Shown here one piece after another: positions 12,502-23,700 of a stretch of DNA of 64,000 bases. Each line of letters opens with the position of its first letter. The stretch's first letter is position 1. The position numbers and the translations under genes are program-made. The stretch is from assembly GCA_963796965.1 (NCBI GenBank), contig CAWCNS010000009.1, forward strand, positions 96,001 to 160,000, in the 5' to 3' direction. Below the pieces are notes generated by a model. The model was not told where the DNA came from, ran no database searches, and was given only the letters and a program-made list of their open reading frames with translations. Origin of the DNA: Calditrichia bacterium (GTDB lineage Bacteria > Calditrichota > Calditrichia > JAJRVZ01).

Positions 12502-14269
12502 CGATACCGGTATTCATGCCGATGACCGGTGAAATATTAACCCTTGAAACAGGGGGAAATCCCGTCAATTTTTCCATCTCAGTTGTATACCAATCAGCCG
12601 CTTCGGTATTCTGGGCATGCAGGACAATGTAATTCCATATTCGATGATTGGCCGTTTCCCTGATTATTGTCCGCATAACCTTTTTCATATTGCCTTTTTG
12701 GCTGAATGATTTATCAAACAATTTGGCCTGACCCTGTTCATCCATCGATACGATTGGATTGATATTCATCCACTTGGCGATTTTGCCCTTAGCATAAGAA
12801 ACTCTGCCCCCGCGGACCATATAATCAAGGGTTCTGACGCTGACAAGAATCCGGGTTTTATTGATCCAGGGTCCCAGGGAATCCATAATATTTTCATGGG
12901 ACATCCCCTTTTCAATCGCCCCGGCAATACGCAGGATCAACAGACCCAATCCGCCCGAAAGGTTTTTAGAATCGACCACGTTGATGCGTTTACCCGTTTT
13001 TTTGCTGATCTTCTCCGCCGCTTTCCGGCTACTCTCAAAGGTACCACTGAATTTTTCAGTCAGGTGGATCGCAATAATCGAGTCATAATGTGAAGTTAGT
13101 CTCGTATAGTGATCTAAAAAAGCAATTTCATTGATTTGGGCTGTTTTAGGAAAATCAGGTCTCTGATCCAGCAATTGATAAAACTGATCGGGCTTGATAG
13201 TCACTTTATCCAGGTAATGATTTTCCCCGAATTGAATATTGATCGGCAGCATATGAATCTGATAATCATCCAGGATTTTTTCATCCAGATCACAGGTCGA
13301 GTCCGTTAGCAGAGCAATCGGCCATTTTCGGTTATGTACAATTTGATGCTGTCTGATCATGTCATCAGCTTTCTGAAAGGTCAGAATTCCAGCATCCTTG
13401 AGAGCGTCAAAAAGATCTGCCGGTCGGTCCGTATGCACATGAATACGTCTATATTTCGGAGATCCGGCAATAACTGTTGAATCACCAAAATCAAGTAGCA
13501 TTTTTCTAAGTACAGCCGTGGTAATTGACATATTTTTGATAAGTGCTTCTGTGCAATAGCGGAATTTGAAATCCGTATCAGCCATATCCGGCTCATGAAT
13601 TGTATCATTGCTAACCCGCAAACTGTACTTTCGTAATTGGCGGATATTTCCGCTTATAATCAGATCAAAGATCCCCTCGACGAAAACAACAAATCCTTTA
13701 GCCCCGGCATCAACCACATTGTTTTTAGCCAAAACGTCCAGTTTGTTCTTTGTTTCCTGAAGTGAACGATGCAATACTTCCATCGATTCAGCGATAGCCT
13801 GTTTAAAATCCATGAATTTGCCTTTTCGCTGATACAGATAATCTGCCCATTCACGCATGACGGTGAGCATCGTACCTTCAACAGGTTCAGATACGGCCTG
13901 ATAAACAAATTCAATCGATTTGCGGATACTAACAGCAAACTCTGAGAGTGTTAATGAAGGCTGATCGGCAATTTCTGAACTGAATCCGTATAAAAATTGG
14001 GCAAATATTATACCTGAATTCCCGCGAGCTCCGATTAAAGCCGCTTCGGCAATGAGATTAGCTGTTTTTTTTATCGAAGGTTGCGGCCGAAGACTGGTCG
14101 TAACAGACCTGACAGTAGAGGCAAGATTTGTACCGGTATCATGATCGCTGACCGGAAAGACATTGATACGGTTCAGTTCAGCCTGATGTTGAAATATTTT
14201 CTGGGCACCGGCGAGGAAAATATAATACAGGTTTCTGCCGTCAATGCTTTTTAGCAGGTTTTTACTCAT
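12470..14269 (-). CDS. DAK2 (FakA-like) - DegV (FakB-like) fusion protein
   Basis: LNRINVFPVSDHDTGTNL, GARGNSG and VDAGAKG (DAK2), then TDSTCDL, SGT and RGGR (DegV). Confidence 0.88.
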   Translation of the reverse strand: MSKNLLKSIDGRNLYYIFLAGAQKIFQHQAELNRINVFPVSDHDTGTNLASTVRSVTTSLRPQPSIKKTANLIAEAALIGARGNSGIIFAQFLYGFSSEIADQPSLTLSEFAVSIRKSIEFVYQAVSEPVEGTMLTVMREWADYLYQRKGKFMDFKQAIAESMEVLHRSLQETKNKLDVLAKNNVVDAGAKGFVVFVEGIFDLIISGNIRQLRKYSLRVSNDTIHEPDMADTDFKFRYCTEALIKNMSITTAVLRKMLLDFGDSTVIAGSPKYRRIHVHTDRPADLFDALKDAGILTFQKADDMIRQHQIVHNRKWPIALLTDSTCDLDEKILDDYQIHMLPINIQFGENHYLDKVTIKPDQFYQLLDQRPDFPKTAQINEIAFLDHYTRLTSHYDSIIAIHLTEKFSGTFESSRKAAEKISKKTGKRINVVDSKNLSGGLGLLILRIAGAIEKGMSHENIMDSLGPWINKTRILVSVRTLDYMVRGGRVSYAKGKIAKWMNINPIVSMDEQGQAKLFDKSFSQKGNMKKVMRTIIRETANHRIWNYIVLHAQNTEAADWYTTEMEKLTGFPPVSRVNISPVIGMNTGIGAAAVAFMLE

Positions 14270-14404
14270 CGTCTTATTGAAATAATGTCTGCAGGAAATA
14301 TAGTAAGTATGTTCCGCATATCCAATTATAACAACTATTTACGGGTGTTTAATATTAGATTTATACCGGACGCGAATGGTTCGAAATATATATTTATATA
14401 ACCA

Positions 14405-14487
14405 CCATTGCTAACATTCTGTTTAGCAATGGCTTATGGCGGTTAGGACTCCGAATCGTTCGCTTTGCTCACTTTACGGGACTTCCG
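14405..14487 (-). repeat. Degenerate tRNA-Asp 3'-end mimic with hairpin insert and downstream stem-loop
   Basis: tggcggttaggac-tccgaatcgttcgctttgctcactttacggg-acttccg resembles 37763-37820; stem ccattgctaa...ttagcaatgg. Confidence 0.7.
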
Positions 14488-14575
14488 TTTATTACATAAA
14501 AATGATCTGAACGGTTGTAAATTTAAGAGATAATCATTTCCCGCTAAGATTTGCTTCAGTGGAAAAATCTATCCA

Positions 14576-15061
14576 TTATTTGACTCTGTTGTATATCATG
14601 TCGACTATAGTATCTTCTTTGGGACCATTAGGAACCAAATTAATTGCCATGGTTCTAGTTAGGGTCATGGTGTCCCCGTCAACATTAAATGAAACTGTAT
14701 CATCTATACCGGCACCTTCAACGGTCAGACTATTACCGTCTGAGGTCCAGGTACCAGCAATAGTATCTGGGCTACTATCGGTATACGTTGTTGTGACGGA
14801 GGCGGAACCATCTTCATTGAACTGCAGAATCGACGTCGTTGCTCCAGTTCCAGACATTAACAAAAATTGCGCTGCTGGTATAGTTAAATCCCCTACTGCT
14901 GTGTCATACATCTTTATAGTCACCATCTGCCAGGTGCCGACAATAGAACCATTTTGTTTCGGAGCAGGTTCCGTCCCATTGTCACAGCTGCTGCAGGTAA
15001 AAAGCATAACTGTAATTATTACACTGATTAACCCAGGTAATAAGTTAGTTGATTTTCTCAT
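14576..15061 (-). CDS. Lipocalin-like lipoprotein
   Basis: Lipoprotein-like signal (FTCSSC), IVGTW motif, beta-rich. Confidence 0.65.
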   Translation of the reverse strand: MRKSTNLLPGLISVIITVMLFTCSSCDNGTEPAPKQNGSIVGTWQMVTIKMYDTAVGDLTIPAAQFLLMSGTGATTSILQFNEDGSASVTTTYTDSSPDTIAGTWTSDGNSLTVEGAGIDDTVSFNVDGDTMTLTRTMAINLVPNGPKEDTIVDMIYNRVK

Positions 15062-15172
15062 AGCCTCTCCTTGTATTCGTTCTTAATATAATGTATTACA
15101 ATATTAAAATATTGCAAGTGTTTTCTACACTCTATATCATTAAATAAAAGTTATTAAAGAAGATATTATATT

Positions 15173-16804
15173 TCATCTGCCACCTGCATCCTTTTTATCA
15201 GCTGGCAGTTTCTTCTTCAGTATTTTATCCGCAGCCAATTTACCGGTAAGAATCGACATCGGAACACCTGCGGGACTGTAAGCCCATTGCCCAGCCTGAA
15301 AAATTGACGGGATTGGTGTCAGAACAGAACGATCTGAAATTTGTATTTTATTGACGACCGGCAGCGGCCTTTCGAAAGTCCATCCCGTTATAGCCCCTTC
15401 TGAACTGCTGATTCGGCTCTCAATATCCAGGGGGGTAAAAGAAAATCGTTTCATTATTTTTTCGTTTAACATCGGGTAGATCGATTCAGATATAACACGC
15501 ACAATCCGATCTTCAATCTCGTTTTTAAAGGCATCGTACCACCCGGCATCCCGTACTTTTTTGAATAAATCATATTCGGCAAGGAAACTGATAATCAGCC
15601 CTGTTTTACCAGGCGGAGCCAAATCGGGATCTTTCAGCCCGGGAATAGAAATTTCGTAGGTATTTAGCTGGGTGAATTTGTCCAGCCAGGTGAGGATCTC
15701 TTCCTTTTCACTATTTTCCCAGTTGTTCAACAGACTCCTCAGCTCTTCACGATGAGTTTCACCCAGGCCCTGTTTTGAGGGTGTGTAGAAAAAATGTCCA
15801 TTGGCAATTTTTTTGAAACTTTCCAGCGGTTCATCCACCTCCAGGAAGAGAGTGAAAACAGAATCTCCGCCTCGACTGGCGTGCATCTTTTTACCCGTAT
15901 CCTCGAACTTGGCTTTAATTTCTGGTTGCAGCCCGTCAGTCACTGCAACCCTGTACAATGTTTTTAAATCAGCTGCCCAGATAAGATTATTATACGGGTA
16001 GATGACATTGTTTTGATCTTTAGCACGACATGTATTAACCTCGACCTCATTAATAGTCGTCTCTGTTTTTATTGTTCCCCCGAATTCAATTATTTTTTCT
16101 TTCACGGTGTCCGCTAATTTCCCAACACCACCTTTGGGATAGAAATAATCCAGATAAAGGGAAAAATAGCTAAGTGCAAAGAATGTCGGTGTATTTTTAA
16201 AGAAATGCTGTGAAATGATATCTTTAAGGGAGGGATTTTTCACAATGGTATCTAAATATTCTTCTACCGGCATATTCATCCGGTTTATTTTACCCACCGT
16301 GAAAATGAATTTAGGGAGCCAGGGCAACAATTTTTTGAAAATGAAATCTTTATCATGCACAAAATCTTTAAACACCGGATTTTCAATACCGTAGAGTACA
16401 TCCATGTGCTTCATTATCTTTCGGATAATTTTGAGGATTGCATCAATTTCACTTCCACTTTCAGGATAGAGTTTTTTCAGCAGCTCCCGATAGGTTTCCA
16501 GGCTCTCTAAACTATCTATAGTAATGATTTCATTTTCAATGCCGAGCGAGACCGGGCTTTTGACTATGTCAAGCTCAATTCCTAAATCCCTAAGCATGGG
16601 AAGAATAATCCCGGCATCTTCAAGGGCCCTGAGGCCAGCATCAAAATGAAATCCATCTCTGGTAAAGGAATTTACCAATCCGCCACACTCTTTGTTTTTT
16701 TCAAAAAGCAATACATTGTGGCCGGCACGTGAGAGGTATGCGGCTGCGGTCAATCCAGCTATTCCCCCTCCTACAATAAGTGTCGTGGGTTTTTTATCAG
16801 ACAT
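15173..16804 (-). CDS. Phytoene desaturase-like FAD-dependent oxidoreductase
   Basis: IVGGGIAGLTAA...EKN..CGG Rossmann motif and C-terminal AGQW...AGVP..ILTG; start chosen at MSDKKP. Confidence 0.8.
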   Translation of the reverse strand: MSDKKPTTLIVGGGIAGLTAAAYLSRAGHNVLLFEKNKECGGLVNSFTRDGFHFDAGLRALEDAGIILPMLRDLGIELDIVKSPVSLGIENEIITIDSLESLETYRELLKKLYPESGSEIDAILKIIRKIMKHMDVLYGIENPVFKDFVHDKDFIFKKLLPWLPKFIFTVGKINRMNMPVEEYLDTIVKNPSLKDIISQHFFKNTPTFFALSYFSLYLDYFYPKGGVGKLADTVKEKIIEFGGTIKTETTINEVEVNTCRAKDQNNVIYPYNNLIWAADLKTLYRVAVTDGLQPEIKAKFEDTGKKMHASRGGDSVFTLFLEVDEPLESFKKIANGHFFYTPSKQGLGETHREELRSLLNNWENSEKEEILTWLDKFTQLNTYEISIPGLKDPDLAPPGKTGLIISFLAEYDLFKKVRDAGWYDAFKNEIEDRIVRVISESIYPMLNEKIMKRFSFTPLDIESRISSSEGAITGWTFERPLPVVNKIQISDRSVLTPIPSIFQAGQWAYSPAGVPMSILTGKLAADKILKKKLPADKKDAGGR

Positions 16805-16848
16805 ACTATGACCTTTCCTCAACAAAGAATGCATATCGTTCGAAGCTG

Positions 16849-17820
16849 TTACAATTTTTTGGGCGCCAGGCAGCCCATTTCCAGACTCTTTTCCCATAGT
16901 TCATAGGCGACCTCTTTGTCCAGGGCCGGGGGGGCAGGTTCTTCTTCAGTGGTTAAATTAAAAAATTTTCCACTAACGGCCTCGAGTTCCTTTGAGACGC
17001 CCAGATAATAGAGCGCTTCGGCCGATATGTCTGTAGATTTTAGTATTTTATCCAGAAGATTCCGCTTATACCAGCGATAAAATCGACCGTTATCCTGACC
17101 TGTATCGGTTTTTACTGCTCCCGGATGTATTGCGTTTATTGTGACACCCGAATTTTTACACAGTTCATCAAATACGAGCATTGTTAACAACTGGGCTAGT
17201 TTGGCCGAACCATAACTTTTTAAACCGGAATATCGGTGTCTTTCCCAGTTCAGATCATCCAGATGCAGGCCCCAGGCGGCAAAACGGTGGCCTTCGGAAC
17301 TGACCAGGATTATTCTGGCGCTTGCCTGCGATTTAAGCTTCTGCAGCAGCTTATACGTAATAATAAAGGAAGAGAGATAATGAACTGCCAAAACCATCTC
17401 AATGCCGTCTGGGGTAATTTCTCTTTTAGTCAGATAGACACCTGCATTACATATTAACACATCAATCGGAGTTTTGACATTGACCAGTTCATCTGCTACG
17501 CGATGAATCTCCTGCAAACTACTCAGATCAGCGAGAATATAATTACAGGTGACGTCGTATTCGCTCTCAATTTCGCGGCGTAAATCCTCAGATTTCTGCG
17601 GATTGCGATTGATGCAGAGGAGGTTTGCGCCCTGAGAGGCGTATTTTCTGGCCGTTACATACCCAATGCCCGAGGTCGCCCCGGTGATGACTACAAGTTT
17701 TCCCGTGAACGAATCAGGAGAAACTTTAGGGTCCACGGTACCATTTCTTATCATGGCAAATATATTGGACCATTTATATGCTTTGAAATATTGAAAGAAT
17801 TTTTTGTTTTTCTTCATCAC
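16849..17820 (-). CDS. Short-chain dehydrogenase/reductase
   Basis: TGATSGIG, NAG and YGSAK motifs. Confidence 0.88.
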   Translation of the reverse strand: MMKKNKKFFQYFKAYKWSNIFAMIRNGTVDPKVSPDSFTGKLVVITGATSGIGYVTARKYASQGANLLCINRNPQKSEDLRREIESEYDVTCNYILADLSSLQEIHRVADELVNVKTPIDVLICNAGVYLTKREITPDGIEMVLAVHYLSSFIITYKLLQKLKSQASARIILVSSEGHRFAAWGLHLDDLNWERHRYSGLKSYGSAKLAQLLTMLVFDELCKNSGVTINAIHPGAVKTDTGQDNGRFYRWYKRNLLDKILKSTDISAEALYYLGVSKELEAVSGKFFNLTTEEEPAPPALDKEVAYELWEKSLEMGCLAPKKL

Positions 17821-17823
17821 TGT

Positions 17824-18282
17824 TTACCCGAATTTCTTGTGCATAAATTTCCTGTAGGCTTTACCAAATCTCGGGATGTTGTCAAAAATATCTCCCCAGA
17901 GATCATAGTAATCTCTCTGTTCCGCAATTTTGCCCGCTTCATTGAGGGTGACGCGGCTTGAACCGTAGAGGACTGAACTTGGGTTCTTCTTGTAGCTGAT
18001 GGTCATCTCCCATTCGATAAAAATAATATTTTCCTGCTGGGCTGTTCTGACAACATGCATTTTTAAATCTTTTGAGCGATCTGCCAGACGTTCAGTCATT
18101 GCGGTAAAATCTGCGATGCCGTGTATTTCCTGAATGGAATCCCTAAAGTATATCTGGTCATCATAATAGGGCAGAATATGTGACCAATCAGGTTTCCCTT
18201 CTGTATTATAGGTTTTGGACCACAATTCTTTAATAGAGTCTTGATTTAGCACTAACTTTTCACCGGTATCTTTTTCCTGCAT
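17824..18282 (-). CDS. SnoaL/NTF2-like protein
   Basis: YDDQIYFRD...GKIAEQRDYYD pattern. Confidence 0.75.
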   Translation of the reverse strand: MQEKDTGEKLVLNQDSIKELWSKTYNTEGKPDWSHILPYYDDQIYFRDSIQEIHGIADFTAMTERLADRSKDLKMHVVRTAQQENIIFIEWEMTISYKKNPSSVLYGSSRVTLNEAGKIAEQRDYYDLWGDIFDNIPRFGKAYRKFMHKKFG

Positions 18283-18374
18283 TTTACTCTTCCTTTTTTC
18301 GATTTGAAAACAGATGCCGTTTTAACTGTTCCTGTATTTATGACAGAAGGTGATGGGCGCAGGATGACCAGTGC

Positions 18375-19085
18375 TTACAAATACATACCCAATGCAAAAG
18401 TATAATTCTGGTTGCGCAGCGGCGCAGGCGCCTCACCCGGAAAAGTCGGCATTAATAATGTATTCCAACCAATGGTAAACCGGTAACCAAAAAACCAATC
18501 TCTATCCAGAAAGGGAAATTCGACACCAAGGCCATAAAGGAAACTGTAATCAAAAATATCGAGGCCCTTTATTTCATCGGAATATTTAAATTGTATCTGA
18601 GCGCCATCCACTTCAACAGTACCCTCCAGCTGGACCTGACCATTTAATAAAATAGACAGCGCATAGCCACAGGTCCCGTATATCTTAAATTCGCCTAAAT
18701 CAAAAATGACGTATTTTAAAACAAGCGGGATTTCAAAATAGTTAAGATCATATACGACATAGGTATTGACTAATTGGTCAGGTATGCCAATGTCCTGTCT
18801 GGATCCTTTCATGACATAGAGAAATTCCTGTTGTATACTAAACGTTTCCGTGACCGGAAAATTAAACAGCAGGCCGCCTGCCGCAGCGTGCCTCCAGAAC
18901 GTATCTACCGTATATTCATTATCTACGGGGGTGATCCCATACTGAAGCGACATGCTGTATCCCCCCCTGAACCCAAAACGCAGACCGGTCTGGGCTGAGA
19001 AGGAATTAGTTAATAGAAGAAGCAATAATATGGAAGCACTAAGAAACTTTATCATTTTCCTACCCTGGCTAAGGATATAGTACAT
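18375..19085 (-). CDS. Outer-membrane beta-barrel (porin family) protein
   Basis: Signal peptide; FGFRGG, QQEFLYVMKG and LNYFEIPLVLK motifs. Confidence 0.75.
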   Translation of the reverse strand: MYYILSQGRKMIKFLSASILLLLLLTNSFSAQTGLRFGFRGGYSMSLQYGITPVDNEYTVDTFWRHAAAGGLLFNFPVTETFSIQQEFLYVMKGSRQDIGIPDQLVNTYVVYDLNYFEIPLVLKYVIFDLGEFKIYGTCGYALSILLNGQVQLEGTVEVDGAQIQFKYSDEIKGLDIFDYSFLYGLGVEFPFLDRDWFFGYRFTIGWNTLLMPTFPGEAPAPLRNQNYTFALGMYL

Positions 19086-19340
19086 ATTCCATGATTTTTA
19101 ATGAAAATATAGATCCTGGAATAGCAGAAATTATTAATTTTAGATTATAATATAGCAAATTTTTAACTATTTTTTATAGTTTTGATTTATTTTAATTGCC
19201 ACTAATTAATTGAAAGGGTGTTAAAAAGGGTGGGAGAATTTTCACACGTCGACTGAACCTGATCAAGTATTGTTGTGGCAAGAGAATGATAAGAGGAGAG
19301 TCAAGGCAAGTCTGAAATAAAATTGAGGCTTGAAGCAGTC

Positions 19341-19443
19341 CGGTCCGGACCCCGAATCTTTCGCCTTGCTCGCTCTGCGGGGCAGGCGGTGGTCTCAGCG
19401 AACTCTTTTGATTAAAACGATTTATTTCAGATAAATCATTTTA
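19341..19443 (-). repeat. tRNA-Asp 3'-end mimic (class B) with hairpin+CAGGC insert and CTD tail (KMIYLK*)
   Basis: Nearly identical to 27136-27232. Confidence 0.85.
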
Positions 19444-19572
19444 ATCAATGTGTTAGATATTATTCTTTGCATTGGAATGGCAAAAATTTATCTTGGAAAT
19501 GATGGATATATATAGTTATCTTATTTCAAAACTTTACTCTTAACTCTCCTTAAACAATAATAGAGATTAGAC

Positions 19573-21812
19573 ATGCCTATTGAAATTGGTAAAGCAATTT
19601 CTCACTACCGCATTCTGGAAAAAATTGGCTCCGGCGGCATGGCCATTGTCTATAAAGCGGAAGATACTAATTTAAAACGTACCGTCGCCCTTAAATTCTT
19701 ACCACCTCAGATAACCGTCAATGAAGAAACCAGAAGAAGATTTATAACTGAAGCTCAATCCGCCTCCTCTTTGGATCATCCAAATATTTGTACGATCTAT
19801 GAAATTGGTTCCTCTGATGATGACCAGATGTTCATTGCCATGGGATTTTATGAAGGTGAAACCCTGAAATTGAAAATTGAAAAGGGAAAATTGGAAGTTA
19901 ATGAGGCTGTTAATATCACAATTCAAACAGCTGCGGGGCTTTCCAAAGCTCATGAAAAGGGCATCATCCACCGTGATATCAAACCGGCCAATATCATGAT
20001 CACAAATGATGGCATGATAAAAATACTCGACTTTGGCCTGGCTAAACTCTCCGGGCACACGACCATGACCAAAACCGGAACCATGCTCGGTACGACTGTA
20101 TATATGTCTCCGGAACAGGCCAGTGGCGAGAAAGTTGACCAGCGTACCGATATCTGGTCTTTGGGTGTCATTATGTATGAAATGCTTTGTGCATATCCCC
20201 CCTTTCAGGGAGATAATGAACAGGCGATGATGTATGCCATCCTGAACAAAGATCCAAAACCAATCATTTCATATCGTAAAGAAATTCCTGATTATATCGA
20301 AAAAGTTATTTATAAAGCCCTGGTCAAAGATGCCGATCAACGCTATCAGAATGTTGAAGAACTGGTTAAAGATCTGACCGCGAAATCGGCACCGGATGTG
20401 GACCTGCCGGCCATGGAAAATTCGATTGTGGTTCTTCCTTTTAAAGATTTTAGTGAGAAAAAAGAAAATGAATATTTCAGCGATGGCTTAACTGAAGAAA
20501 TCATTACCGATTTGTCAAAAGTGAAAAATCTATTGGTGATCTCACGCAGTTCAGCCATGACTTTTAAAGGTACGGATAAAAAAGTTAGAGAAATCGGCAA
20601 AGACCTCAACGTACAATATGCCCTGGAGGGCAGTGTGCGAAAATCAGGCGACAAACTACGTATTCATGCTCAGTTAATTGACACTAAATACGATACGCAT
20701 ATCTGGGCAGAAAAATACAGTGGTACGCTGGAGGATGTTTTTGATATTCAGGAGCAAGTGTCCCGTTCGATTGTCAATGCATTGCAATTGAAATTAAGTC
20801 CGGAGGAGGATAAAAAACTAACCAAACGTCCGATCAAAAATATTCAGGCTTATGAGTGTTATCTGCGTGCGCGGCAGGAAAGCTGGCTGTTTACACCGGA
20901 TGCCCTGGAGCGTGCTATCGGTTATCTGCAGAATGGTCTGGATATCATCGGTGAGAATGCGCTACTCTATGCCGGAATGGGCTATGTTTACTCACAGTGT
21001 GTAAACATGGGATTAGAAATGGAGTCAAATATTGTTAAAGCCCAGGAGAATGCAGAAAAGGCCCTACAACTGGACCCGGAATCTTCCGAAGCCCATCTGG
21101 TACTTGGTCTGCTTAGTCAGGTTTTGGGCGGTAATGAGCGTAAGACGATCTCACATCTAAGGCAAGCTTTGGCTATTAATCCCGGCGATACTCATGCGAT
21201 AATATGGTTAGGGGTTTCACTCTGTAATGTTGGGAAGACAAAAGAGGCGCGTGTACTATTGGAAAATTTAAAACAACTGGATCCACTTACACCAATGAGC
21301 AGGGGGACTTTGCGCTTGTTGATATAGGCGAAGGGCGTGGTGAACAGGGAGTTGAAAATGTTTATGACTGGTTCCATTTCGAACCGCAAAATCCCGCTGC
21401 TGTTTTCTTCTACGCTTTATCATTGGTATATGCCGGGAGATTAAAAGAAGCGACCGCGATCCTGGGTCAGCATATTCATATAGATTGGCATGATACGTTT
21501 ACAAAACAAAGTCTCCTGGTTAAATATGCGATTGAGAAAAACAAGAAAAAAATAGAGCAATTAGTATCCGGTGATTTCGAAAAAACAGTTAGAAGTGATT
21601 TGCAAACCACCTATTTTGCATCTGTTATGTATGTTATCGCTGGTATGAAGGATGCGGCTCTGGAACTTCTTGAGCATGCGGTCAATAATGGATCTATCAA
21701 CTATCCACTTATGTCAGAACTTGATCCTAATCTGGAGCCAATTCGCGGGGAAGAGCGATTTAAAAAACTGATGATACGTGCGAAACATGAATGGGAAAAT
21801 TTTGATGCCTGA
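19573..21812 (+). CDS. Ser/Thr protein kinase with TolB-like and TPR domains; frameshift(s) near 21305-21420
   Basis: GSGGMA, VALK, HRDIKPAN, DFG and YMSPE motifs; SIVVLPF..EYFSDGLTEEII; C-terminal ORF 21423..21812 (DPNLEPIRGEERF). Confidence 0.88.
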
Positions 21813-21868
21813 CCCACCCCCTCTTTACCCCTCCCTAATCAGATTAGGGAGGGGATTAAAGGGAGAAG
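21812..21868. repeat. CCCCT/AGGGG palindromic REP-like element or bidirectional terminator
   Basis: cccctccctaatc-a-gattagggagggg between convergent genes; related elements at 43624 and 58774. Confidence 0.6.
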
Positions 21869-21869
21869 A

Positions 21870-23442
21870 TTAATTTTTCTTTATCCCAAACTTTCGCATT
21901 CGATATCTTAAGGTACTCTCATGGAGATCTGAGCTCTTCTGCCGTAGAAGACTGATTCCATTTATTTCTTTGTAAGGCCTTTAAGATCATATCTTTTTCG
22001 TAATCTGCTTTTTTCTCTTTTATGCTTACTGTCTTGTTTTTCACGTTTTTAGTGGTTTTTGAAAATGCTTTTCCTGTTCTTGTAAAACTATCTTCTGGCA
22101 GAAGGTTTGGGGTGATATAATCGGCTCCTGGTTCGGCCAGAATGACCATTCTTTCGATGACATTTTCCAGTTCGCGGATATTGCCCGGCCAATTGTATGA
22201 TTCCATTAACTGTAATGTCTCATTTTTCAGGCCTGCCAACTGCTTTTGATATTTTTCAGCATACTTTTTCAGAAAATGATTGGCCAATAAGACAATATCT
22301 CCACGACGCTCTCTTAAAGAAGGCAAGTTTACATTAACCACACTCAGACGATAATAAAGATCTTCTCTGAAAGTCCCTGCTTCCACCCTCTCTTTTAAAT
22401 TGTCACTGGCAGCTGAAATTACGCGGACATTTACCTTTTTTACTTTCGTGCTGCCCAGGGGACGAATTTCACCTTCCTGTAAAACACGCAGAAGTTTACT
22501 TTGAATATTTGTCGGCATATTTGTGATTTCATCGAGAAAAAGGGTGCCCTTATGGGCTTCATCAAAAAGACCTGGTTTATCTTGTGAGGCACCGGTAAAT
22601 GCACCCTTTACATAGCCAAACAATTCGCTTTCCAAAAGATTCTCCGGAAAAGCACCACAATCAACAGCGACAAAAGGTCCTTCCTTTTGAGGGCCGTTGT
22701 AATGCAAAATTCGGGCGATTAGTTCCTTCCCGCTGCCACTTTCGCCTTCGATCATCACCCGTGCATCGGTGGGGATGATCCTCTCCAGCAGTGAAAAAAC
22801 TTCCAGCAATTTTGAGCTGCTGCCAATCACTTCTCTGAAGGTATAGGTTTTATCCAGTTCTTTGCGTAAGCGGTTTTTTTCCAGAAACAGCGACTCATGT
22901 AATCCGGCATTGACGATTAGATGGACACATTGTGTTGCCAACAGTTCCATGAGCTGAAATTCTCTGGCAGCGAAACGAACATTTTTACTCAGTGAGACCA
23001 GATTAATTACACCGAGCATCTTATCCATTTTTAAAATAGGCATGCTGAGCACAGAGGTTATATTACGATGTTTTTTTTTGATTATCTTTTCACCAAACAA
23101 ACCGATAAGATCGTCAGTAAGCAGGCTGCTCCCGTTGTCATATACCCATCCGGCCAGAAGATTGTTAAGTGTTGAGTCAATACTATATTTAACCTGATTC
23201 TCGGTGCGGATAAGGGTACGAGTCAGTTTTTCCTGATCCGGATCAAACAGGATGATGGAACCCTGATCGGCCTGACACAGACTGCTCGCTTCGGTAATGA
23301 CCATTTTGAGTACTTCTTCAACCTGTAGAGAAGATGAAACAGATCTGATTATTGTCAGGAGTCTTTCCAAATCATCCAGGCGTGTTTTTAACTCTTTGAT
23401 TTCTTTCTTTTGATTATCTAAATCATTCATCATTTTATACAC
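21870..23442 (-). CDS. Sigma54-dependent activator (GAF-AAA-Fis); frameshift in the HTH near 21930
   Basis: GESGSGKE, ESELFG..KGAFTGA and WPGNIRELEN motifs; the HTH continues STLRYRMRKFGIKKN* in another frame. Confidence 0.9.
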
Positions 23443-23454
23443 TTATTTTGGGTT

Positions 23455-23614
23455 TCGTAATAAACTACGATTAATTTTCGGTAAAATCTACGAAAAACCC
23501 CTCTTAAAAACAAATATGGATTTGAAATCATTTTAGCAACTTAAGAATAATCAATAAGTTATATCAAAATATTTTTTAAACTATATTGTTCTTAATAATT
23601 GGCACTATTCTTGA
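23455..23614 (+). promoter_or_regulatory. Putative sigma54 promoter with two upstream activator sites and an IHF site
   Basis: TGGCACtattcTTGA (23600-23614, GG-N10-GA); IHF-consensus match AATCAATAAGTTA (23549-23561); palindromes TCGTA-N6-TACGA (23455-23470) and TTTTCG..CGAAAA (23475-23496). Confidence 0.6.
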
Positions 23615-23700
23615 CATAATATTTTTATGTGGCTCTATATAGTGGAAGGTGATTAATACAATATTTACTTGACTAAGTCATTTTTTGAAGGAGGTGAATT

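Noticed and set aside
14559..15086. 175-aa plus-strand ORF
   Set aside because: Antisense shadow of the lipoprotein gene, which has a signal peptide and an upstream AGGAG.
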